Shown in pieces: positions 31,088-42,116 of a stretch of DNA of 64,000 nt. The position numbers were made by a program, and so were the translations under genes. Within the stretch, counting starts at the first letter, position 1; each line of letters opens with the position of its first letter. Below the pieces are notes generated by a model. That model saw nothing but the letters and a program-made list of their open reading frames with translations. It searched no databases and had not been told where the DNA came from. The stretch is taken from positions 64,001 to 128,000 of the forward strand of contig JBMNIF010000002.1 in the NCBI GenBank assembly GCA_050950765.1, given 5' to 3'. The stretch is from Bdellovibrionota bacterium. Its GTDB lineage: Bacteria > Bdellovibrionota_C > UBA2361 > JAAYZI01.

Positions 31088-33165
31088 ACCACCCACTAGG
31101 GACAATAGGGCGGGCTGCAATTGCAGAGCGAATCGGTTAGGTTTCTACGAAGGTTAAAAATTTGGTGCCACCCTTCTTTTTTGCCGCTTTGACGGCTTGG
31201 GCGACTGGATAAATCTGGTGCCACCCTTTAGGGACCGCAGGACGGGCGCGATTGCAGAATGGGATCGGCTAGGTCTGTACGGAGGTTAAAAATTTGGTGC
31301 CACCCTTCAGAAGCTCCCCCACCTTTTAGGGACGATTAAGCGGGCTGATACTAAAAAACGAAGTAGCTAGACCTAGACGGGGGTAAAAAGTGGGTGTCCT
31401 AATTGGCAGCTAATAATATCAGTATGTTAGTAAAAGCCCTGCATTCGGCAGTTTTGGTGCCACCCTTCAGGGACGATCGAACGGGCTGTGACTACAAAAC
31501 GAATCGGTTAGGTTTTCACGGAGGTTAAAAATTTGGTGCCACCCTTCTTTTTTGCCGCTTTGACGGCTTAAGCGACTGGACGAATTTAGTGCCACCCTTC
31601 TTTTTTGCCGCTTTGACGGCTTGGGCGACTGGATAAATTTGGTGCCACCCTTTAGGGACCGCAGGACGGGCGCGATTGCAGAATGGGATCGGCTAGGTCT
31701 GTACGAAGGTTAAAAATTTGGTGCCACCCTTCAGAAGCTCCCCCACCTTTTAGGGACGATTAAGCGGGCTGATACTAAAAAACGAAGTAGCTAGACCTAG
31801 ACGGGGGTAAAAAGTGGGTGTCCTAATTGGCAGCTAATAATATCAGGATGTTAGCAGAAGCTTAGGATTCGACGGTTTTGGTGCCACCCTTTAGGGATCG
31901 CAGGACGGGCGCGATTGCAGAATGGGATCGGCTAGGTCTGTACGGAGGTTAAAAATTTGGTGCCACCCACCAGTACCGATCGCCCACTAGGGACCGCTGA
32001 ACGGGCTGATACTGCAAAACGAGTCAGCTAGATTTTGACGGAGGTTAAAAATTTGGTGCCACCCTTCAGAAGCTCCCCCACCTTTTAGGGACGATTAAGC
32101 GGGCTGATACTAAAAAACGAAGTAGCTAGACCTAGACGGGGGTAAAAAGTGGGTGTCCTAATTGGCAGCTAATAATATCAGTATGTTAGTAAAAGCCCTG
32201 CATTCGGCAGTTTTGGTGCCACCCTTCAGGGACGTTAAAAAACTGGTGCCACCCTTCTTTTTTGCCGCTTTGACGGCTTGGGCGACTGGATAAATTTGGT
32301 GCCACCCTTTAGGGACCGCAGGACGGGCGCGATTGCAGAATGGGATCGGCTAGGTCTGTACGGAGGTTAAAAATTTGGTGCCACCCTTCAGAAGCTCCCC
32401 CACCTTTTAGGGACGATTAAGCGGGCTGATACTAAAAAACGAAGTAGCTAGACCTAGACGGGGGTAAAAAGTGGGTGTCCTAATTGGCAGCTAATAATAT
32501 CAGTATGTTAGTAAAAGCCCTGCATTCGGCAGTTTTGGTGCCACCCTTCAGGGACGATCGAACGGGCTGTGACTACAAAACGAATCGGTTAGGTTTTCAC
32601 GGAGGTTAAAAATTTGGTGCCACCCTTCTTTTTTGCCGCTTTGACGGCTTAAGCGACTGGACGTGGCAGTTTTGGTGCCACCCAACAGGGACGATAGAAC
32701 GGGCTAAAACTACAAGACGAAGCAGCTAGATCTCTACGGGGGTCAAAAATCTGGTGCCACCCTTCAGGGACAGCAGAGCGGGCTGTAACTACAAAACGAA
32801 TCGGTTAGGTCTGTACGGAGGTTAAAAATTTGGTGCCACCCTTCAGAAGCTCCCCCACCTTTTAGGGACGATTAAGCGGGCTGATACTAAAAAACGAAGT
32901 AGCTAGACCTAGACGGGGGTAAAAAGTGGGTGTCCTAATTGGCAGCTAATAATATCAGGATGTTAGCAGAAGCTTAGGATTCGACGGTTTTGGTGCCACC
33001 CTTTAGGGACGGCTGAACGGGCTGCAACTGCAAAACGAATCGGTTAGATCTGGACGGGATGAATTTACCACCACCTACTAGAGACGCTTGAGCGGGCTGA
33101 TATTAAAAAGCAAGTTGGTTAGATTTTGACGGAGGTTAAAAATTTGGTGCCACCCTTCAGTGACA
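31088..33165 (+). repeat. Modular repeat array 3: 21 exact cores plus 1 variant, with higher-order repeats
   Basis: Cores from 31163 to 33145; a ~420-bp block at 31163 recurs almost identically at 32244. Confidence 0.96.
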
Positions 33166-33174
33166 CCACTAAGG

Positions 33175-34767
33175 TTATCTTACATTTTTAAAATATACGT
33201 GAGCTTCTTGAACATCACTTAGTCTTCTGTATCTTCCACTCCATTCAGGATCTTTCCAGCTAATCTTGCTATCAACGATCATCACATCGTAGCTATTCTT
33301 CCTTTTTTCAGGTTCCTTAGTGTGCTCATATCCCAACACACTGTAATGCCTAAGGTAATACGGAAGGGGCCAATAGCTGCCAACTCCGATCAATATGCGT
33401 GGATTCGGCACCTTCTTTCGATAATTATCAATCATCTCCACAATATCAATCATTCCTTGCGAAGTATGGGTATAAGAGTACGGATTTTTATCCCCATACG
33501 GATATTTAAAGTTATATTTCCACGTTAGAAAGATTGAAATTAAAATAGCGGGGATAATGCAAAGACTCCCAATCGCAACTCCTTTAACTTTGACAACTTG
33601 TGCCAACAACCAAGCCAAAGCTATTATCAAGGGATAGGTGATATTTATCACAAGCCACGGTGTCTTGTAGTCAACATAAGAATAGACAAGGAGCGCTGAC
33701 AAGCCCCACACCAAACAAAACCTAAAAAATGAAGTATCACCCAAAGGACACCTATCAGAAGTAGAGCTTCTGATCGTTGTAAATTTTGCAAAAACACGTC
33801 TCCCATATTTTAACAGAAATCCGATAAGGGGAATAATCACGATCAACACCAACTGGAATTCAGTCCTAGTTACAGTCTTAAGATGTATTTTTTCACCGAG
33901 ATCTAGATCAAAAAGATTCGCCATCAACTCTCGCGGCTCAGGACCGAAAAGCATCTCACAGTAATACCAAAACGATTTAAAGTGTCCGACATCACTGGTA
34001 TTACGTCCAACCCACTGCGGAACCGCTAAAAACATCTCTCGCAATCCACCCATCCAACGGAATCCGCCCGTAAAGATTAAAACTATTATAAAAGACATCA
34101 ATAAAAGAGAGGCTAAGATGTGTTGCCACTGCTGCTGCATCTTATAAAAAGACTTTCGATAACCACCTAGCGACAAAAAAGCCAAACCCACACAGAAAAG
34201 TGTTATAATAAAAGTTTCTTTTGTCGCAATAAGTAACGCCGCAGCCATCCCTATCTGATAGATAGTGCTAACCTTCCCAGAACGCCACCACCCATATAAA
34301 CTAAAAGCTAACCAAGCCCCCGCCACTAAAAATAACGTTTCGTGAATAGCGTACCGTGAATAAAAAACTAAACTACTTGAAAACGCCACTAATGTTGCTG
34401 CTAAAAGAACAAAGCACTTCCCCTCATAACGCCTTAACGGAATCAGGAGTAAGATTAAAAAGATCCCCGCTATAATTGCAGAAGAGCGCACTCCCAACTC
34501 CGAATCACCGAAAACATTGGGACCTGTTAAAAAGGTTGAGAGATAAAAATAGCTCGGACCGTGATAATTTTCATGGGAATACTTATAGTAACCTTCACTT
34601 CGGACGTCTTTAAAGAAAAAGTAATTTACACCTTCATCGTTATGCAGTGGGCGCAGATCAATATGATAAACCCTAATCGCTAACGCTGCGCAGATAATAC
34701 CCCCCAGAACGATCCAAAACAGATGCGGTTTTAGTTTATAAAAAAAATCTCTCATCGTGAAATCCAA
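33175..34767 (-). CDS. GT-C fold membrane glycosyltransferase (PMT/ArnT-like, TIGR03663-like)
   Basis: RPLHNDEG, YHGP, YSRYAIHE, KE, YKTPW and YWPLPYYLR motifs; many TM segments. Confidence 0.8.
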   Translation of the reverse strand: MDFTMRDFFYKLKPHLFWIVLGGIICAALAIRVYHIDLRPLHNDEGVNYFFFKDVRSEGYYKYSHENYHGPSYFYLSTFLTGPNVFGDSELGVRSSAIIAGIFLILLLIPLRRYEGKCFVLLAATLVAFSSSLVFYSRYAIHETLFLVAGAWLAFSLYGWWRSGKVSTIYQIGMAAALLIATKETFIITLFCVGLAFLSLGGYRKSFYKMQQQWQHILASLLLMSFIIVLIFTGGFRWMGGLREMFLAVPQWVGRNTSDVGHFKSFWYYCEMLFGPEPRELMANLFDLDLGEKIHLKTVTRTEFQLVLIVIIPLIGFLLKYGRRVFAKFTTIRSSTSDRCPLGDTSFFRFCLVWGLSALLVYSYVDYKTPWLVINITYPLIIALAWLLAQVVKVKGVAIGSLCIIPAILISIFLTWKYNFKYPYGDKNPYSYTHTSQGMIDIVEMIDNYRKKVPNPRILIGVGSYWPLPYYLRHYSVLGYEHTKEPEKRKNSYDVMIVDSKISWKDPEWSGRYRRLSDVQEAHVYFKNVR

Positions 34768-35045
34768 AACAAGTTAACCGCCACAGATGGTAACTGTTGA
34801 AGCATCATTCAGACAAGAGATTCTTTTCCGATCAGAATGGAACGGGGAGTATTGATCACTTACATTTTTATTAAGTAATATCGGCAAAAAAAAGACACCT
34901 AAACCTAACTTCTGAACTTAGACAATCCCCCTTCTTAATATTTCAAAAAGGTAAGTTTTTATAATGGAGAAGTTTACTCGGAGGTCAGGCACCTAAATAA
35001 AGATACCTCTACTTATAAAAACTAAATACTTATAAAAGCCAAAAG

Positions 35046-35780
35046 TTAAAAAACGCCATTCAATAACTGCGCCGCCTCACTACACAAGAACCACGTCACA
35101 CGATCATTTGCACCTTTATATAACGTTGCAGGAAGCTCTTGGGCTGTGTCTTCACCACTTAAAACTCGTTGCACGATTTCGGCTTTATCCCGTCCTTTAA
35201 CTAAAATTAAGATACGTCTACCGTTAAATAAGACGTGCGGTGTTAATGTGATTCGGTCGATACCTTCATGCTCCACAGCACACGCAATAGATTCTCGATC
35301 ATGCACAACGGTTGAATCAGGAAACGCCGACGCAATATGTCCATCCGATCCAACGCCGAGTAAAACAACATCAAAAACCGGCGTATCACCATCTTTCAAC
35401 TGAAAAAAATCTTTAATGTCTTGCGTATATGTAGCAGCTGCCGCTTGTGGATTCGCTACCGTTGTATCTATACGGTGTATATTGGCTTCCGGACACCTTT
35501 TATGAACCAACAACGTTTCACTCACCATCCTGAAATTTGTATTATCCCACTTATCATCACCGATAAATAGATGTACTTTATCCCACGGAATATCCTGCTC
35601 ATGCGGTGGTCGTGCTAACAATCGATAAACTGCACTCGGAGTACTCCCCCCAGAAAGCACTAAAGAACATTGACCGCGCTCCTCAACACTTTCAAGAATC
35701 GAAGCAACTATTTCATCAGCAACTACACCGGCAAAGGTACCAGGCTCTACAGTTTCTATTTTAGCATTAGCATTTGCCAT
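35046..35780 (-). CDS. pgl: 6-phosphogluconolactonase
   Basis: LSGGSTP, LLGVGSDGHIASAFP, RITLT. Confidence 0.9.
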   Translation of the reverse strand: MANANAKIETVEPGTFAGVVADEIVASILESVEERGQCSLVLSGGSTPSAVYRLLARPPHEQDIPWDKVHLFIGDDKWDNTNFRMVSETLLVHKRCPEANIHRIDTTVANPQAAAATYTQDIKDFFQLKDGDTPVFDVVLLGVGSDGHIASAFPDSTVVHDRESIACAVEHEGIDRITLTPHVLFNGRRILILVKGRDKAEIVQRVLSGEDTAQELPATLYKGANDRVTWFLCSEAAQLLNGVF

Positions 35781-35919
35781 CGTAACAATTCCAAAAATGA
35801 TCCAACACCAAAAGTGACAGATACCGCGTACTTCCCTACTTCTAGATAACTATACCTAATATACTTTTTATTTGATAGACTTATTTATTTTGTCATCATT
35901 ATAACTGATATGCAGCTAA

Positions 35920-36738
35920 CTATTTATTTTCAGAAGATATTTTCGGAACATCAGTCGATCCTGGATATGTAAAAATCCCACGTTTTCTATTCCGATAATA
36001 TTTATACGTCGTAGTAATGCAGTGCCAAGCGTACGCCATCCCATTTACATGGCATATTTCATCGCCATAATAGGTCGGGATCGGTTTTTCAACTATGCGC
36101 ATCCCCCGCTCTGCTAAAGCCAAAATAATCTGCGTATCAAAATGCCAAGTATTGGTAAAAGACTGGAATGGGATCTTCTTCAAAGCTGCGGTGCTATAAA
36201 GACGGTAGCCAGAATGATATTCAGAGAGCTTCTGCCCCGAAAACTTATTTTGTATCCCCGTTAAGATCTTATTCCCAACATATTTATAAAGCGGCATGCC
36301 TCCTGATAAAGCCCTATTTGGAACAGACATACGAGATCCAAAAACCATATCAGCTTCATCATCAATCAACGGCTGCAAGAGATCCCCTAAAATTTCAGGG
36401 GCATACTGTCCATCTCCATGTAATAAAGCAACGATATCAAAACCTTTATCGATCGCATATTGGTATCCAACTTTCTGATTGCCGCCATACCCTTGATTCT
36501 TTTCATTTACATGAACCGTCAGTTTTTCAATATTCTTTTCGTGCTTGTATCCCAACGCTGCATAGTAAGAGTTATCAGTGCTGCAATCATCAATCACAAA
36601 GATCTCTTCTACCTTATCATAAACATCAGCGGGAATACGCTCTATGGTTTTGGTCAGAAGATTAACAGCGTTATAATTTATAACGAAAATACCGATGCGC
36701 GGGGTTGCTTTTTTTACTGTTCCTTCAACATTACTCAT
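35920..36738 (-). CDS. GT2 glycosyltransferase (polyprenol-phosphate glycosyltransferase-like)
   Basis: IDDCSTD, NQGYGGNQK, HGDGQY, GSR. Confidence 0.9.
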   Translation of the reverse strand: MSNVEGTVKKATPRIGIFVINYNAVNLLTKTIERIPADVYDKVEEIFVIDDCSTDNSYYAALGYKHEKNIEKLTVHVNEKNQGYGGNQKVGYQYAIDKGFDIVALLHGDGQYAPEILGDLLQPLIDDEADMVFGSRMSVPNRALSGGMPLYKYVGNKILTGIQNKFSGQKLSEYHSGYRLYSTAALKKIPFQSFTNTWHFDTQIILALAERGMRIVEKPIPTYYGDEICHVNGMAYAWHCITTTYKYYRNRKRGIFTYPGSTDVPKISSENK

Positions 36739-38135
36739 AAGACTCTCCTAATTTTTGCCAGCAGATCATAACCCGCGGCAGCAGTAATTTCAACACTAAC
36801 GAACGATCCTGCACGAACTTTCGTTATATCAATCTCAGAATCGTTAATAATAACTGATCCATCGACCTCAGGCGCTTGAAAACGTGTCCGCCCGACAAGT
36901 AATAGATCAGTCTCCTCATGCGTGCCATCAATTAAAACATCGAATTCTTTACCTATCAAGTCAGCATACTTACGTTTTAACACTTTCTGCTGGGCTAACA
37001 TAAGCCGTTTTCTGCGTGCTGTCTTGATCTTTTTAGGCACTTGATCAGAAAACTTCGCAGCAGGCACCCCTTCTTCTGCAGAAAATGCAAACACCCCCAC
37101 ACTGTCAAAATGTCCTTCACTAACGAATTCCTCCAACTCTGCAAAATCACTCTCTGTTTCTCCTGGAAAACCAACAATAAACGTTGTTCTAAGGTGAATT
37201 TGCGGATATTTCGCTCTGACCCATTCAACCAGTTTGCGTGGGGCGTACTTCCCGACAGGTCTATTCATATGCTTAAGTACACTTTCACTGGCGTGTTGTA
37301 AAGGCACATCAAAATATTCGCAAATTGATGGCAAGCCAGCTACAACATCCAACAACTCTTCAGTAACTCCGACAGGATACGCATAAAGTAAGCGCACCCA
37401 CGGCACAGATCCGCCAGCATCAATCTTACGCAACAGCTCCGCCAATGAAATTTCGTTATTATCCACCCCATAGGCAGTTAAATCCTGCCCAATTAAATTA
37501 ATCTCTTTTACACCCTGCGCTCCCAACGCTTCAATTTCAGAGAGTAACGAACTTGAAGATCGGCTCCTAATCGTCCCCTTAATGGCAGGTATCATACAAA
37601 AAGCACACGGTCTGTTGCAGCCATCAGCGATCTTTACATAAGCCGTATGATTACCAGATGAAAGGATTCTCGGCATAGTGTGGTCATATAAAAAAGGTGC
37701 TTCTGCTTTTTCATAACTTAACCCCGCTAAAACCTCCGGCAATTTTAAAACTTCATCAGTAGAGAGAAAGGCATCCGCTTCCGGAAGTAACTCCTGTAAT
37801 TTTTCAGCTCCGTAACGGGAAACCATACACCCTGCTACAACAAGTTTTTTTAATCTCCCTTCCTGCTTAAAATCAGCAGCATCCAAAACCGCATCGATGC
37901 TCTCTTTAATGGCATCTTCCAAAAAACCGCAGGTATTAACCACGATATAATCAGCCTTTGAGGGGTCTGAAACACCTTCATAACCAGCATTAACAACACA
38001 ACCTAGAAAGACTTCTGAATCAACCTGATTCTTAGCACACCCCAACGTTACGCAAGCAACTTTCCCGCGACTTTTTCCTGAGGACGGCTTAACATTAAAA
38101 GCGATCGGATTTTCTGATACTATATTTAAAGACAT
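36735..38135 (-). CDS. rimO: Ribosomal protein S12 methylthiotransferase
   Basis: LGCAKNQVDSE, NTCGF, GCNRPCAFC, TRAM domain with APEVDG. Confidence 0.95.
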   Translation of the reverse strand: MSLNIVSENPIAFNVKPSSGKSRGKVACVTLGCAKNQVDSEVFLGCVVNAGYEGVSDPSKADYIVVNTCGFLEDAIKESIDAVLDAADFKQEGRLKKLVVAGCMVSRYGAEKLQELLPEADAFLSTDEVLKLPEVLAGLSYEKAEAPFLYDHTMPRILSSGNHTAYVKIADGCNRPCAFCMIPAIKGTIRSRSSSSLLSEIEALGAQGVKEINLIGQDLTAYGVDNNEISLAELLRKIDAGGSVPWVRLLYAYPVGVTEELLDVVAGLPSICEYFDVPLQHASESVLKHMNRPVGKYAPRKLVEWVRAKYPQIHLRTTFIVGFPGETESDFAELEEFVSEGHFDSVGVFAFSAEEGVPAAKFSDQVPKKIKTARRKRLMLAQQKVLKRKYADLIGKEFDVLIDGTHEETDLLLVGRTRFQAPEVDGSVIINDSEIDITKVRAGSFVSVEITAAAGYDLLAKIRRVL

Positions 38136-38216
38136 AAGAAGCCTTCTATTTATAAACTACACTCTACTCTCGAATACTATTACAAGGTGACAGAACAAGC
38201 AAAGAGTGGTGTTAAA

Positions 38217-39248
38217 TTACTCCACTATAACGCGCCTACCTTTTTGAAAAATCGTCGCATAAGCGCCATCCAACTTCCACTTAAAAGAGTGCATAGAATC
38301 TCCATACCCGATCGGCATACGGGGTAACGCCGTTAACGCCGTTAAATGCTCCTTATGAACGTGCCCCAACCTAGTAGTACAAGCTAAATTAAAGCCTGCT
38401 GCCTCTACGGCTTTAAACTCTCTTTGCGTAGCGTGTGCACGGTTTCCAAAAGGGTATGAAAAATACTTTAAAGTTTTACCTATTTTATCTTCCAGAAAGG
38501 TCTTCGCCTGAGATATCTCTTTTTCCAACTCTGCATCAGAACAGAGCGAGAGGTTCTGATGGGTCTCTGTATGCGCCCCCACCGTAATTAAGGGAGAGCT
38601 TGAAAGTTTCTTGACCTCCTCCCATGTCAACGGCTTAGCCTCACTCGCCGCCATTTCAGGCATCTCTTCTGCAAGAATTTTAAGTATCTCCAAGCGCTCT
38701 TTGGGGGTTGATCCCTTGATCATGGAATTTAATTTATTATAAGCAAGGTGTTTCTCATGAATTGAAGCTAAAGGAAATTTATAATCTATCCCCTGCCTAA
38801 AAAATTGTAGCTCGTTAGCAACTTTTATACGTCCTTCCACCTCATACCACCACATCAACCTCTGCTGCTCAACGGATGAAATAGTTAAAAAAATCGTTGC
38901 AGGGATACGATATTTTTCAAGTAACGGAAGCATCAACTCCAAGTTATCACGATAGCCATCATCAAAGGTAATTAAAACTGCATTTTCAGGAACCCTTCTT
39001 TCTAAAAAAGAGTGATAAAAATCATCCATTGCAAGGCAATTATAATTTTCCGCTAAAAACTTAAGTTGATCCTCAAAATTATCAACAGAAACCGCCAAAG
39101 GAAGATTAGGACAGAACTCCCCCTCTCTCGGTTTAAAATCCGTCAACCTATGATACATCAAAATGGTCGCTTCACCTCGATAGTACCGTCTAATCCTCAA
39201 CGGGACAGCAGAGAATACCCCCCTTTTCACAATACTTTTTAGGCTCAC
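38217..39248 (-). CDS. Polysaccharide deacetylase (CE4)
   Basis: LMYHR, ITFDDGY, GAHTETH, FSYPFG. Confidence 0.92.
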   Translation of the reverse strand: MSLKSIVKRGVFSAVPLRIRRYYRGEATILMYHRLTDFKPREGEFCPNLPLAVSVDNFEDQLKFLAENYNCLAMDDFYHSFLERRVPENAVLITFDDGYRDNLELMLPLLEKYRIPATIFLTISSVEQQRLMWWYEVEGRIKVANELQFFRQGIDYKFPLASIHEKHLAYNKLNSMIKGSTPKERLEILKILAEEMPEMAASEAKPLTWEEVKKLSSSPLITVGAHTETHQNLSLCSDAELEKEISQAKTFLEDKIGKTLKYFSYPFGNRAHATQREFKAVEAAGFNLACTTRLGHVHKEHLTALTALPRMPIGYGDSMHSFKWKLDGAYATIFQKGRRVIVE

Positions 39249-39261
39249 AATTATTTATCCC

Positions 39262-40533
39262 CTACTTTTTTTGAAGCTCTTCTAAAAAAATACAAAACTT
39301 ATCAGCTGCACGGTGCAGATCAAACCTCTCACGCAATTTATAAAAAGCACATTCACCGATCTTTACTACATCACCACAATTAAAGCTAAGCAAAAACTCA
39401 ACCCACTCCTCTCTACTCTCTACACAACAGAAGCTCTCTTTATCTTTCAGATCTAAACCTGCCGCCACCCCCAAAGCCGTCCCGATACAGGCGCGTCCGT
39501 AACTCGCTGCCTCAATCACTTTAACACGAGTACCTGAACCGTAAAAAACGGGCACAATCACACCACAACTCTCTTCATATAAAACGGTGAGATCGTCAAC
39601 TCTTCCAAGAAAATCAATCTCAGGTAGATATGAAAACCGTTTTAACCAAGCGCCATCTCCACTACCAACTATCTTTAAATGCAAATCAGTACGCTCTTCT
39701 GAAACTTCTCCCCAAACATTTTCAAGAAACCAACTTAACCCTTCCTTATTAGGTAACCAATCAAGCCGTCCCACAAAGAGTAAATTAACCTTAGCTTTAT
39801 AAGTAAAGGGGAGGATCTTGGAGAAATTACGTCCGATCGGCACAACTACACTTCGTGAACACGGTGCGATCTTTTTAAAAGATGAGATATCTTCTGCACT
39901 AACAGCCGCAACACCATCAAAACACTCCAGAACACTTCTTTCAAAACGTTTCACAAGTAACGCCTGAAAAAAGAGAAAAGCTTTCAAGAGAGGATTTTTT
40001 TCCTGTTTAAATCTCTGTATCCAGAGATCGCTTTCACAATTTTGTGCTCGATAAATCAAACGGATATCTTCCTTTAAATATCTGCGATAACCCCCATTTT
40101 TTATGGAATATGCGGCTGCGTGTAAACCCTCATGCACAATAGTATTCCAAGAGAAGTTCTGATCCTGCATTGAAGATTCAATTTTTTCAGGAAGGTTACC
40201 CTCGTTTAAAAGCACCTTTGTAGAAAGTGAGATATCTGGTGCACCATATTTTGCAAAAGTAATCGGCAAAAAAGGAGTTTTTAAAAATGTCTTTAAAAGT
40301 GCACGTTTTGAGGGCAAAGTAGCCTCTCGTCTTATCACAAAAATATTGCGTAGACCTAATTTATCTCTAGCTTCTTCAAGATCTATTTTTTCATCAGATC
40401 CTGCAAAAGCCAAGAGATCCACAACCACATTTTTTTTCGTCACCCCTTCTAGTAAAGCGCAAGTAGCCACACGGGAGCCGTCCTGCATCGGTAAAGGCCA
40501 TTTTGGAACTATCCATAATATTCTATCTTGCAT
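39262..40533 (-). CDS. GT4 glycosyltransferase
   Basis: FVGRLDWLPN, GSGTRVKVIEA. Confidence 0.88.
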   Translation of the reverse strand: MQDRILWIVPKWPLPMQDGSRVATCALLEGVTKKNVVVDLLAFAGSDEKIDLEEARDKLGLRNIFVIRREATLPSKRALLKTFLKTPFLPITFAKYGAPDISLSTKVLLNEGNLPEKIESSMQDQNFSWNTIVHEGLHAAAYSIKNGGYRRYLKEDIRLIYRAQNCESDLWIQRFKQEKNPLLKAFLFFQALLVKRFERSVLECFDGVAAVSAEDISSFKKIAPCSRSVVVPIGRNFSKILPFTYKAKVNLLFVGRLDWLPNKEGLSWFLENVWGEVSEERTDLHLKIVGSGDGAWLKRFSYLPEIDFLGRVDDLTVLYEESCGVIVPVFYGSGTRVKVIEAASYGRACIGTALGVAAGLDLKDKESFCCVESREEWVEFLLSFNCGDVVKIGECAFYKLRERFDLHRAADKFCIFLEELQKK

Positions 40534-40576
40534 CTTTTTAAGAATTTATAAATCAACAATACGCTTTTAATTTATC

Positions 40577-42037
40577 TCAAAAAGCCATCCTACGCCTTCT
40601 CTGTTTAGGACGATACTTCACACCTTGAGCCTCCGAAATAGAGAAAATTCTATACCCCACTAAAACTAAAGCAAATAAGATATACGGCAAGAAGAGATAG
40701 GTATGAGATAAAAAGCTCATCATAATTCCATAACCAACCATAGCTAAAAAGAACGCTGCTCGAGCGTGACGCATCCTCCACGCCTTTCCTAGTACGGAGA
40801 AGAAGAACGCTAAAAAGAGCACCAAACCTGGTAAACCTGCCTCTGCCATAACTAAAACCCAACTGGAATGAGCAGTTCTCTCTCCGTATTCACTAAAGTC
40901 AGAGGTGAACTCTTCGTAACGCTTCGGATAATTACCCAACCCCACTCCCCAGACAGGATTAGACTTTAACATCTTCAAACCGGTAATCGCATAATTGATC
41001 CTAGAAAAACTTGAACCCCTCAGATCTGATGCTGAACGAGATGTCATCATCAAAGTAAGGAGCAACACTACAACTAGCACCCCTCCTAAGATAAGACGTG
41101 TTAACGTTATCCTATAAGTGATTAAGAAATGAACTCCCACCATCGCTGCTAAAGCCAACTTGGCAGAACGAGAATCAGCTAAAATAATCCCGTAAAGAAG
41201 GAAGATCAACGTCACCAGAATCGGTATCCACGTATAGGTAAACCTTTTTTGTAACGGGAAGAAGAGAAAAGGTAACACCATCACAATAGTTGCTGCTAAA
41301 TCATTAGCATTTCCGAAGAGCTTGCCACCCATTAAACGCTCTCCCGTTAAAAGCGCCTTCGTATAAACTTCAGCAGAGATGACCATCCCCAGCACCGCGA
41401 TAATCAGCGACACCTCGACTAGCCTTAAGTCTGAACGATCGTGTACGGAGTTGAAGATTAAGAAGAACAGTACAAATATGGGGATAAATCTCTCAAGAAA
41501 AAATCGAGTTCCTTCCTGAACGCCGCCTCCTAAAATAGCAGCGATAAACGCCCACCCTAAAAAGAGCATAAACAGTAGACAAGATCCGTTCCATATAATT
41601 TTAAATTTACCAACCCTAAAGTTGAAAATTAACCACGACACAAAACAGAGCGCAGCTAAGCCCTTAGGTAAAATTGTTATGATTGCCGTATCAGGCAGAT
41701 ACTCCCACGGTCTTAAAATAAGATTTAATAAGAAAAAAGAGACAGAGATAACGGGATGAACCAAAGAAACAACCACCCCACAACCTAAACTCATCGCTAA
41801 GATTAACTTATCAAAACTCCCTACTTTCATCAGCACGATAAAAGCCACACAAGATACGATCGTTAAAAGCGATAAAAAAACGAAGGGTACCGTTCGGAAT
41901 CTCCCCCATTTATGAGAAACTACAATCCGTTCCCATATAAAAAAATAAAAATTGCAGACCCCCAACAACATAAAAAGCGCCATCAAAAGCACTCCCCACG
42001 GAGCATCTACCATACTGAGATTCTGCACGTCTTCCAT
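40577..42037 (-). CDS. O-antigen ligase / Wzy-like polymerase
   Basis: Multi-TM; GNANDLA, SRS, GVGLGNY and AHSSWVLVMAEAG motifs. Confidence 0.85.
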   Translation of the reverse strand: MEDVQNLSMVDAPWGVLLMALFMLLGVCNFYFFIWERIVVSHKWGRFRTVPFVFLSLLTIVSCVAFIVLMKVGSFDKLILAMSLGCGVVVSLVHPVISVSFFLLNLILRPWEYLPDTAIITILPKGLAALCFVSWLIFNFRVGKFKIIWNGSCLLFMLFLGWAFIAAILGGGVQEGTRFFLERFIPIFVLFFLIFNSVHDRSDLRLVEVSLIIAVLGMVISAEVYTKALLTGERLMGGKLFGNANDLAATIVMVLPFLFFPLQKRFTYTWIPILVTLIFLLYGIILADSRSAKLALAAMVGVHFLITYRITLTRLILGGVLVVVLLLTLMMTSRSASDLRGSSFSRINYAITGLKMLKSNPVWGVGLGNYPKRYEEFTSDFSEYGERTAHSSWVLVMAEAGLPGLVLFLAFFFSVLGKAWRMRHARAAFFLAMVGYGIMMSFLSHTYLFLPYILFALVLVGYRIFSISEAQGVKYRPKQRRRRMAF

Positions 42038-42116
42038 TACTTTAACTATCTTTTGTATTCGAGATATTCAATAATTTATTTCAACAACTACTTCTGAAGA
42101 ACAGGAGTCAATGCTC

